Source: a bacterium
GTDB lineage: Bacteria > 4484-113
Length of the DNA: 64,000 nt
Assembly (NCBI GenBank): GCA_021163765.1
Contig: JAGGTK010000099.1
Coordinates: 16,089-80,088 of the forward strand
Reading direction: 5' to 3'
This document shows, piece by piece, positions 46,385-54,260 of the stretch. A program made the position numbers and the translations under genes. Positions within the stretch are counted from its first letter, which is position 1, and each line of letters begins with the position of its first letter. The notes under the pieces are model-generated. The model had not been told where the DNA came from. It saw only the letters and a list, made by a program, of their open reading frames with translations, and did no database searches.

Positions 46385-47326
46385 TTATGCCTCTTGGGAA
46401 ACTTCGGCTGCGCGCGGACGGTACTTGAGAAACGACACCATATTGCCTCGCTCATTGAAGTTAACCTCATCCATCAGGCTTTTGATGAGGAAAAGCCCGC
46501 GCCCGTAGGTTTTCATAAAGGATTCCGGATCGATATGCTCGCTTATAGCGGAGTGGTCGAAGCCGGATCCTTCGTCAAGCACCCGGACTTCAGCGCGGAG
46601 CGGGTCGATCGAGACGAAGACGGTAATGGTTTTTTTCTTGTTCTCCTCTTCAGCCATCTGCTCGAGCAGGTATTTGCGGTAAACGCTATGGCCAAGGATC
46701 AGGGAGCTTTCCTTCACGCGCTTGTCTACCTGAAGGTTGCCGTGCTCAAAGGCGTTCAGCAGGGCCTCGTAAAGCGCCACCTTGATGTCGTTGAGCTGGC
46801 CTCCCTCCATTTCCCAGCAGTCACGAACGGAAGCGAAGACGTAATTGATGACCTTTGAAAGGTACACATAGTTGGTGGGGATGCGTATGGTGAAGCTCTG
46901 GCTGCGGACAAACGGGACGATTTCCTGTACGTCCGCCGCTTCCTGATGCACGGTGAAGATATTTTCGATGAGCGATATGACCTCATTTATGTCAAACGGT
47001 TTCTTAATGAAGCTCTTCGCACCAAGCCGGATGGCCGAAATCGCATCTTCCATCGTGCCGTAGCCCGTCAGGATAATCACAGGCACATTCAGGCGGCGTT
47101 TGCGTATCTCTCCAAGCAACTCGATTCCGCTCATTTCGGGCATCTTGATGTCGGTGACAATAAGGTCAGGAATGGCTTTCTCGACGTGTTTGAGGGCTTC
47201 GACCCCGTTTCCCGCTTCAACAACCTCATATCCGAGTGCTTTCTGAATCTTATTGGAGATGACGTCGCGGATTATCTCTTCGTCGTCCACAACCAGTATG
47301 CGTTTGGGCAGGAGAGCGAAATCCAT
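46385..47326 (-). CDS. response-regulator receiver fused to an HATPase (RsbW/SpoIIAB-like) domain
   Basis: ILVVDDEEIIRD...TDIKMPEMSG...K (REC). The C-terminal half reads ..ALLNAFEHGN...RVLDEGSGFD...GRGLFLIKSLMDEV (GHKL ATPase). Confidence 0.75.
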   Translation of the reverse strand: MDFALLPKRILVVDDEEIIRDVISNKIQKALGYEVVEAGNGVEALKHVEKAIPDLIVTDIKMPEMSGIELLGEIRKRRLNVPVIILTGYGTMEDAISAIRLGAKSFIKKPFDINEVISLIENIFTVHQEAADVQEIVPFVRSQSFTIRIPTNYVYLSKVINYVFASVRDCWEMEGGQLNDIKVALYEALLNAFEHGNLQVDKRVKESSLILGHSVYRKYLLEQMAEEENKKKTITVFVSIDPLRAEVRVLDEGSGFDHSAISEHIDPESFMKTYGRGLFLIKSLMDEVNFNERGNMVSFLKYRPRAAEVSQEA

Positions 47327-47525
47327 AGCGGGTCAATGTTAACGATGAGACGGGTAACAGTCAATGTGCTGCCCTGATTGAACTTATCGGCAGCTGGAAC
47401 GAAATTGCCATTATTTAGCGAAAGTAGCCAAATAGGTGTCCCCTTTTCGTAAATACCTGCTATAATGTAAATAGGCGGCGTGATCCGTCGGGTGGGATGG
47501 TTGGGTACAGAATGACCGTATAGCG

Positions 47526-48899
47526 ATGATGCTTATGCAACAATTTCGAAGAGTCTCCGATACTGGCCAGCCGAAAGGCTACATTGACACGGCGGCTGGG
47601 CGCGAAGAGCGGCAATCGCGGAACGCGAAGTTGAGCTTATACGCCCGCTACTATAGCGGAGATGTCTACCGGCATCCAGCAGAATGGGCGAGTGGAAACG
47701 GCTATGCGACAAGCGTTTCGCCGCCTGACATCTACATCAACTATGCGCGTTTCCTTATTGACCGGCTGGCTTCGTTTAGCTTCGACCGTGCGGTCGGCGT
47801 GAGAATGCGGCCCAACGGTGAAGTGGTGAGTGAGGACTCAGAGACTGTGTCGGAACGCTTCCTCGCAGATTTCATTCGTACTTCCCGATTTCTGTCAAGG
47901 CTGACTCCCGTAGCCAGGGAGGCTCTGTTGTTCGGGGATGTCCTGCTGAAATTGCAGCACAATGCGGGCGGCGTCTTTCCACTAACGTTTGCGGTAATCC
48001 CCGCTGAGGAATTCGATTTTGAGCACAGCCCCCGCGACCTGGCGGAAGTCCGCTTCATCCGGGAGGAGTTTACATACTACGATGACGCGGGTGCGCGCGC
48101 GATCCATCGAGAGGAGCTGCATTCCGATCGCGTGGTTTACTACCGCGATGAAGCCCTGTCAGAACCAGCGGGGAAGCGGCTATGGCCTGCGCTGCTGTCG
48201 CACGTGCTTGCAGAGCGAACCCCGTTGCTCGCAGTCGAGCGGGAAGTGGCGCATCCGTTCGGGCGGATTCCGGCGGTACACGTCAGGAACAGGCCGCAAC
48301 TCGGCGCTAAGTTTGGCGTAAGCGAGCTGGCGGACCTTACGCCGCTGCTTGACGACGTGAACTGGAAGATGGCCCAGCGTTCGCGCAACATCTCTCGCAC
48401 GATGAACGCCATCCTCAAGAACATAAACGGGCGGCTCGTTAACGATCAGCTTGACGACACACAGATAGTCAGCGTCATCGGCGACAACGCGGAGCTGGAG
48501 TACCTAATCAACGACAGCGATCTGTCGCCGGTACAGGCGCACATCAGCGAACTTAAGCAGGCGCTCACTGACCTGACGGGTGTCGTGATGCTCAGTCCGG
48601 ATAAGCTGACCAGCGTTGGCGCAATGTCGGGGTTCGCGCTGTCGATACTCTATGAGCCGCTGCTGAACGCTGCTCGGGCGAAAAGGCAGGAGATAGGGCG
48701 CTCGGTGGAGGACTTCCTGGAACTCGTGCTTGACGCCGGCGTCAAGCTGGGGCTCGTCCCGGAGCAAGAAGTGCAAGCCGCCAGGCCATGCCTGACGTAT
48801 GCACCCGATCTACAGTTCACGGAGCAGGAGAAGCTTACGCGCCTGCGCAGAGAACTGCTGGCGGCAGAGTCTGGCCGGACTGAGCTCGACGAACACTAG
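47526..48899 (+). CDS. phage portal protein (SPP1 gp6-like)
   Basis: 457 aa, first gene of the block. The size and pattern (..YINYARFLIDRL..., GVSELADLTPLLDDVNWKMAQRSRNI, ..AMSGFALSILYEPL..) resemble the SPP1-type portal family as I remember it. Confidence 0.7.
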   Translation: MMLMQQFRRVSDTGQPKGYIDTAAGREERQSRNAKLSLYARYYSGDVYRHPAEWASGNGYATSVSPPDIYINYARFLIDRLASFSFDRAVGVRMRPNGEVVSEDSETVSERFLADFIRTSRFLSRLTPVAREALLFGDVLLKLQHNAGGVFPLTFAVIPAEEFDFEHSPRDLAEVRFIREEFTYYDDAGARAIHREELHSDRVVYYRDEALSEPAGKRLWPALLSHVLAERTPLLAVEREVAHPFGRIPAVHVRNRPQLGAKFGVSELADLTPLLDDVNWKMAQRSRNISRTMNAILKNINGRLVNDQLDDTQIVSVIGDNAELEYLINDSDLSPVQAHISELKQALTDLTGVVMLSPDKLTSVGAMSGFALSILYEPLLNAARAKRQEIGRSVEDFLELVLDAGVKLGLVPEQEVQAARPCLTYAPDLQFTEQEKLTRLRRELLAAESGRTELDEH

Positions 48900-48908
48900 G
48901 AGGCCGAG

Positions 48909-49193
48909 ATGGAGGAAACAACGAAGATCAACGAGAAACCGGAAGAAAACAAAACAGATACAGGCGCACACCAGGAGCCGCCAGGTGAAGCTCCCACCGA
49001 AGAGACTGAACCGGAGCGGGATTCCCCGACGGACCCTACGATCGCGGAACTCGTTCGGAGTGAAGTCGAGAAGCGCGTGGCCGAAGCATTTCCCGCGCGC
49101 CGGGAGAGCCCAAGGGTGGAGGCCGGTCGGACGCACCTCTCCGCTAACGACTATCTGCGGCTTGGCTATGGTGTGCGCTCACCCCACACTTAG
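48909..49193 (+). CDS. acidic/proline-rich small protein in the scaffold position
   Basis: 94 aa with a GGAGG Shine-Dalgarno, lying between portal and capsid. The function is positional only. Confidence 0.3.
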   Translation: MEETTKINEKPEENKTDTGAHQEPPGEAPTEETEPERDSPTDPTIAELVRSEVEKRVAEAFPARRESPRVEAGRTHLSANDYLRLGYGVRSPHT

Positions 49194-49207
49194 GAGGGTA
49201 GGGAAAA

Positions 49208-50119
49208 ATGGCATTGACACTGGCTGAAGCAGCCAAACTGGAAACCGACTACTTGCGCCGTGGCGTCATTGAAACGTTCGGCGAGTACTCTCCAGTCCTG
49301 GAAGACCTTCCGTTTATGGATGTACAGGGAAACTCGTACCGCTATAACCTGGAAGGCACATTGCCCGACGTGGAGTTCCGCGCCGTGAACTCGGGTTACA
49401 CTGAGAGCACGGGCACGGTCACCGATGCCAGCGAATCGCTGGTCATTTTCGGTGGCGTCGTGGACGTGGACCGGTACCTGCAGCAGGTGCGAGGCTCGAT
49501 AAACGACCTGCGCGCACTTCAGACTCGCCTGAAGGTCAAGTCGCTTGCGCTGGCCTTCACCCGGGAGTTTTTCGAGGGTGACAGCTCTGTCGACCCGAAC
49601 TCGTTTGACGGCCTTCAGAAGCGGCTCTCCGGCGCTCAGGTTATCACTGCTGACAGCGGCGGCGGCAACGGTGATGTGCTCTCGCTTGAGTACGTTGACC
49701 AGCTAATCGATTCAGTCTGGGGAGGCCCGGACGTGATCTTCCTTAGCAAGGCTAACCGGCGCAAGCTGGTGCAGCTTGGCCGCGAAACCGAGCTTATCGC
49801 TGTCGAGATGGACGGTGCGAACAAGGTTAACACGTACTACGACGGCATCCCCGTTAAGGTTGTGGACAAGGACAACAACGACGAGGACATCCTGGGCTTC
49901 GACGAGACGGTGGGCACGGAGACGGAGTGCTCGAGCATCTATGCTGTGCGGTTCGGCGCTGACGAGTTTCTCTGCGGCTTGAGCAACGGCGGTATCCAGG
50001 TTGAGGACCTGGGGCTCATCGCGAATCCGCCCGTCTATCGCACTCTGATCGAGTGGTATGTCGGGCTCGCCGTCTTCAACCCGAAGTCCGCCGCGCGGCT
50101 GCGGGGCATTCACCAGTAG
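49208..50119 (+). CDS. putative major capsid protein
   Basis: 303 aa with a strong Shine-Dalgarno (GGAGGG). Positioned after portal and scaffold. The N-terminal MALTLAEAAKL..DYLRRGVIE...LPFMDVQGNSYRYN pattern recalls capsid proteins of tailed phages without a delta domain. Confidence 0.55.
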   Translation: MALTLAEAAKLETDYLRRGVIETFGEYSPVLEDLPFMDVQGNSYRYNLEGTLPDVEFRAVNSGYTESTGTVTDASESLVIFGGVVDVDRYLQQVRGSINDLRALQTRLKVKSLALAFTREFFEGDSSVDPNSFDGLQKRLSGAQVITADSGGGNGDVLSLEYVDQLIDSVWGGPDVIFLSKANRRKLVQLGRETELIAVEMDGANKVNTYYDGIPVKVVDKDNNDEDILGFDETVGTETECSSIYAVRFGADEFLCGLSNGGIQVEDLGLIANPPVYRTLIEWYVGLAVFNPKSAARLRGIHQ

Positions 50120-50126
50120 TGAGGCG

Positions 50127-50414
50127 ATGAGCATGGAGCGTACCCGCGGCTACGTGCGCCTGGCATGCATGGTTGTCGGACATTCCAAGGCGGAAAGCCA
50201 GCAGATGTTCACGGAAATCATGGATGCTATGGACCTGGACGGAAGCGTTTTTGAAGTGACGCTGGGAAACCGTCGCTACACCGGCCCGCAAATGGGGCAC
50301 TGGTTCGAGAACGGCGTGGCCCAGGTCGGCGCTGTAGCCGCGGCGCGCTTTGCTGCCGAGGGTTACGAAGTGCGCAAACTCGCCCCATCGTACTGTGAGC
50401 AGGTAGAACCATGA
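50127..50414 (+). CDS. phage-like small protein (head-tail connector position)
   Basis: 95 aa. Position and size only. Confidence 0.35.
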   Translation: MSMERTRGYVRLACMVVGHSKAESQQMFTEIMDAMDLDGSVFEVTLGNRRYTGPQMGHWFENGVAQVGAVAAARFAAEGYEVRKLAPSYCEQVEP

Positions 50415-50995
50415 ACACCAACCTTGATTACATCCGGGTATTTTGCGGTGAGCGCGACGAGGCGGATCCGCTATTCTCGGACGAGGAACTGAAAGCGCTA
50501 CTGTCGATTCACGCTCACCACGAGGTCACACAGCGCCTTGCGCGGCACCTCGCTGAGAACAGCGTGGATTATCAGGAGCTGGACGCAGGTCTTCTCCGGA
50601 TACGCCTGAGGAGATTGGCTAATGTCGAAGGCGCGTATTACGCGGGTGTCGGGAACTGGCTTGACGACGCTTATGCGCTGGCGATTGACGGCGTGGGCTA
50701 TACACCTTCGCCGGACGACATTGTGGATACGTACGGCGGTCGCGTGGTCTTCGCGACGCCACCGGCGGAAGACGCAACGGTGATAGTAGAGACGTATCTG
50801 ATAGACCTGCGGTCGGTACTCGTTGAACTCCTCAGCTTGGTCCGGGCTGCCCGGTCCCGCCTGGCGCTGCGCACGAACCTCTCAGGAATGAGCGTAGACC
50901 TGACGAAGGTCTGCGAACGTCTGCAAGCGGAGATTGACCAACTGTCCAGCGGCTACAGGATGCCTGTGGCGCCAATGGAAGACTATCCACACTGA
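50411..50995 (+). CDS. phage-like protein (head-tail adaptor/connector position)
   Basis: 194 aa with an ATGA overlap upstream. Position only. Confidence 0.35.
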   Translation: MNTNLDYIRVFCGERDEADPLFSDEELKALLSIHAHHEVTQRLARHLAENSVDYQELDAGLLRIRLRRLANVEGAYYAGVGNWLDDAYALAIDGVGYTPSPDDIVDTYGGRVVFATPPAEDATVIVETYLIDLRSVLVELLSLVRAARSRLALRTNLSGMSVDLTKVCERLQAEIDQLSSGYRMPVAPMEDYPH

Positions 50996-50996
50996 G

Positions 50997-51392
50997 ATGG
51001 GCAAGCAAGAATTATCAAGGGTATTCAGTGAGCTGTTGCGGCATCTTGGCGGGAGCCGTTCGCCGGTCTTCCTGCGGACGCGCCAGCTCTCCGGCGGCCT
51101 GCCGGCAGCGGGTGAGCCACCCAGCGGGCCTTATGAGGATACGGAACTTGTGCCTATGCCGCTTGTGCTCGATGCAGGCAACAACAGAGGGGAGGGGCTT
51201 CGTGAGGTTATCGCGAACCACAGGGAGAGAGTCGGCCTTAAGAAGCTCGTCCTTCACGGCAGCAACCCGGTGGAGATTGGCAGCCGCCTTTTCTTTGAAG
51301 GCGCCGAATGGGAGGTCGTGCGGATGCAGTCCCCGCTGGTCTTTGGCCTGGAGCCGCTCAAACTCGTGCTGGCCAGGAGGCTGATCACGTGA
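50997..51392 (+). CDS. phage-like protein (head closure / neck position)
   Basis: 131 aa. The ATG lies 1 nt after the upstream stop. Position only. Confidence 0.35.
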   Translation: MGKQELSRVFSELLRHLGGSRSPVFLRTRQLSGGLPAAGEPPSGPYEDTELVPMPLVLDAGNNRGEGLREVIANHRERVGLKKLVLHGSNPVEIGSRLFFEGAEWEVVRMQSPLVFGLEPLKLVLARRLIT

Positions 51393-51826
51393 TCCTCTAC
51401 ACCATATACAGTGTTAACCTCTGGCTCGCTGACAAGCTCGCCGGTTATGGCGAGATAGCGTTCACAGAGGAGCAGGACGCAGCTTTTCCGTGCTTCCGCG
51501 TCGTATGGGGAGAGCAGCGGGAAGCGAGCGTGCGGCCCAAAGGAGTGCTTAGCGGCGCGCGCTTCACAATCTACTGCCTGGCATCAGGCGATATGAGCCA
51601 TCTTGCGCGTCGGATGGCAACGGTGGCGCTAACAACGCTGCGTTCAGCCGGCCCGGGCTTCACGATTCCCCGATACTTTTATCCGCGCGAGCCTTCTGAT
51701 GAGCCGATTGACTATATCGCTTTGCGCGACATCACGAGCCGGGAGTTGCACCTGCAAGACCAACCCGAACTGGCGGTGCACGTCGTGCAGGCCACCGCGC
51801 TCGCATTGAATCTGCCTGTGAGTTGA
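51389..51826 (+). CDS. phage-like protein (tail completion position)
   Basis: The GTG at 51389 has AGGAGG 8 nt upstream and a GTGA overlap with the upstream stop. 145 aa. Confidence 0.35.
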   Translation: MILYTIYSVNLWLADKLAGYGEIAFTEEQDAAFPCFRVVWGEQREASVRPKGVLSGARFTIYCLASGDMSHLARRMATVALTTLRSAGPGFTIPRYFYPREPSDEPIDYIALRDITSRELHLQDQPELAVHVVQATALALNLPVS

Positions 51827-51835
51827 GGAGGAGCT

Positions 51836-52591
51836 ATGTCAACTAACTACTATGCGCTCACACTCGGCGACTCTGAGATCTACCTGAATGACCAGCATAT
51901 GGGTCTCGCAGTCGGGCTTACGCTGCACAAGGTGGTCGAGCGCCTGGTCGTGGAGCAGCCCGTGGCCGGGGAGCTGGCGGCACGACACCTTGTGCCCCTT
52001 CGTCGTGCTCTCACGCTGGAGGTGCGCTTCAAAGAGCTGAGCCCGGCCGCGGTATCCTTCTTTGCGGGCGGGACCAATACTCGCTTCGACGCCGCAAACC
52101 TTGGGGTGACCGATTACATTCGGCTTTATGAGCAGCGGCCGTCGCAAATCCGCTTTGTCCCCCACAGCGCGCCAATTGTGAAAAGCGCGGACGGTTCCAT
52201 CCTCTACACGGACGAGGTTGACTACAGCTCGGACTGGGGGAACAGGCAGTTCTCCCTCGTCTCAAGCGGCAGCATTGAGCCGGGTCAGTTGCTAAAGGTT
52301 CTGTATGCGACCGACTATCCTGAAGGGCGCGAGGTGCCGCTGGCGCACTCAAGCGCTGCCACTGCGAAGCTGGAAGCTGTCCATCGCTATCCCGACGGCC
52401 AGAGCTTTATGGTCCTTCTTCTAAGGCGGGTAGAGCTGGATGCCTCAGGCGTACTGGCCACGGGGACAGAAGACTTGGTTGACGTGCCACTAATCGGCAG
52501 ATGCCTGGCGGATGACACACACCCCGACTCGCCCTTCGGATATGTCCGGTTCTACGGCGAGATGATGTCAAGGATGGAGAACCGCCCATGA
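51836..52591 (+). CDS. putative major tail (tube) protein
   Basis: 251 aa with a GAGGAGG Shine-Dalgarno. It immediately precedes two small ORFs and a tape-measure-like ORF, the canonical siphovirus order. Confidence 0.35.
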   Translation: MSTNYYALTLGDSEIYLNDQHMGLAVGLTLHKVVERLVVEQPVAGELAARHLVPLRRALTLEVRFKELSPAAVSFFAGGTNTRFDAANLGVTDYIRLYEQRPSQIRFVPHSAPIVKSADGSILYTDEVDYSSDWGNRQFSLVSSGSIEPGQLLKVLYATDYPEGREVPLAHSSAATAKLEAVHRYPDGQSFMVLLLRRVELDASGVLATGTEDLVDVPLIGRCLADDTHPDSPFGYVRFYGEMMSRMENRP

Positions 52592-53007
52592 GCATACTAG
52601 TAGGCGATGTCCTAAGGCGGATCAGGCAGCGGTTATCTCATCTCCCGCTGGCGGGTCCCGGCGCGCGGATTGCCCTGCGCTCCGGGCGCATCGTTCGCGT
52701 GCGGCCGCTGAACCTTCACCGCGCCCTGTTACTGCTTGACCTTGCCGGCGGGATGATAGAACGCGTCGGATGGGATCACCTCAGGCGACTGCCGCTGGTT
52801 CCCGCGCTGTTCAAGGTTATCAGGGGGAGTCCTGAGGAACTGGCTGAAGCGCTTTCGTTGCTGACAGGTGAATCGCCGGACGTGGTGCTCTCCGAGTTTG
52901 CGCCGGCGGATGCAGTGCAAGTCTTGCTCAAGGCCTGGGAGCAGGAGTTCTTGCGGCTGCCTGCACAGAAACTCAAGCCCTGGATTGACGGGGTGAGCGA
53001 TGTCTGA
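52588..53007 (+). CDS. tail assembly chaperone-position protein
   Basis: 139 aa with an ATGA overlap. Position only. Confidence 0.3.
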   Translation: MSILVGDVLRRIRQRLSHLPLAGPGARIALRSGRIVRVRPLNLHRALLLLDLAGGMIERVGWDHLRRLPLVPALFKVIRGSPEELAEALSLLTGESPDVVLSEFAPADAVQVLLKAWEQEFLRLPAQKLKPWIDGVSDV

Positions 53008-53245
53008 ACTGGCGCTTGCCGGCTGGGGTCTGCTGCTGAAAGACGAGTTCCCGAGGCTTGTCGCAAAGCTGGCGCTCGCCCTGGGGATGACTCCGGCGGA
53101 AGTTATGCGCCGTCTTACGCCCACCGATGCTGCGATGCTGCTCGACGAACTCAACCAAAGCGCGAAAGATAGCGAGGCTGAAGAGCGGCTTGGCGAATCG
53201 CCGAATCGCGACGCAGCGCTGTTCTCGCGGATGTTTGGTGACTGA
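53000..53245 (+). CDS. second tail assembly chaperone-position protein
   Basis: 81 aa. Overlaps the previous ORF by 8 nt in another frame. Confidence 0.3.
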   Translation: MSELALAGWGLLLKDEFPRLVAKLALALGMTPAEVMRRLTPTDAAMLLDELNQSAKDSEAEERLGESPNRDAALFSRMFGD

Positions 53246-53246
53246 T

Positions 53247-53807
53247 ATGTCGTTGCTGTTCAAAGATAACACGCAAGAGGAGCTGGATGATCTGGCGCTG
53301 CGCGTCGAAGAACTCTCACAGCGCCTGGGCGAGTTGTGGGCTCGGATCACTGGAAGCTCTGGGGAAGCCTCACGCTCAGGTGGTGCGCGCGGATCCGGCA
53401 TTGACTCCCTGTTCGGCATAAGCCTTGAATCGCTGGCGCGCAGAACGGGCTACCAGATTGCGGGCGGCGAGAGCCTGGACGTCGTGGTGCGCACAGCGGT
53501 GCGGCAGGTGGAGCGGGCTGCGGGCCGCCGCCTGGAAAGGCTGCTCGCCGGCAAACTGGGTTATGGCTTGCTGGCCAGCCTCGCAGGGGGCGGAGCGCTG
53601 GCACTGCTGGACGCAGGTTTTGCTGCCATCACCCGGCTCTTCAAAAAGCGCAGGCTCGATCTGCCCAGGTTGGAGGAGCGTCCGTACGGAGGCTTCCCCC
53701 GTTTCGCCGAGCGCACGCGTCTCATTCCGCCCGGTGCAGAGCGCGATGACCGGCTTGAGCGGGAGCTTGTGGGAATGCTGGCGCGTTCGATCGCGGAGGA
53801 GAAGTAG
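53247..53807 (+). CDS. very short tape-measure-like protein
   Basis: 186 aa. It has a helical, charged N-terminus, a Gly/Ala-rich hydrophobic centre (LLASLAGGGALALLDAGFAAI) and lies after the chaperone-position ORFs. Confidence 0.35.
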   Translation: MSLLFKDNTQEELDDLALRVEELSQRLGELWARITGSSGEASRSGGARGSGIDSLFGISLESLARRTGYQIAGGESLDVVVRTAVRQVERAAGRRLERLLAGKLGYGLLASLAGGGALALLDAGFAAITRLFKKRRLDLPRLEERPYGGFPRFAERTRLIPPGAERDDRLERELVGMLARSIAEEK

Positions 53808-54260
53808 ATGCTGAGACTATGGTTCGGTCCATCAGTTGACGACACGATAGATGTGTCTCCGCTGGCGCTGGAGACGGAGCATGGCGTGGGTTTCGCAGTC
53901 GCCACCGATCTCGCGGGAAATGTGCACAAGGTGAATTTCGCAAGCGGGCGCTATCCGGTAATGGCGCTCATTACTCTTCCCCCGGCGCAGCTTGGGGTGA
54001 CCGGCGTCAATGTGGGAACGCTCCGGGAACGGCTTTTAGACTGCCTCGAGTCCGGCAGTAACATAACGGCGTTCGTTGAGAGCACAGGGCTGGCCTACAG
54101 CCTGGTTCTCACAGAAGCCTCGCCCGCGCTTCTTGCGGACGAGGACCTGAGTGAGATGGCAGCGCGGGAGACCATCAGGATTGCCGCGCTGGTTCTCGAC
54201 GACGGCGTTTTCAGTGATTACGCGCAGCTCGGCAGCGTTATCTGGCGGGGGAGGAACTGA
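53808..54260 (+). CDS. distal-tail-position protein
   Basis: 150 aa. Abuts the upstream stop. Position only. Confidence 0.3.
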   Translation: MLRLWFGPSVDDTIDVSPLALETEHGVGFAVATDLAGNVHKVNFASGRYPVMALITLPPAQLGVTGVNVGTLRERLLDCLESGSNITAFVESTGLAYSLVLTEASPALLADEDLSEMAARETIRIAALVLDDGVFSDYAQLGSVIWRGRN

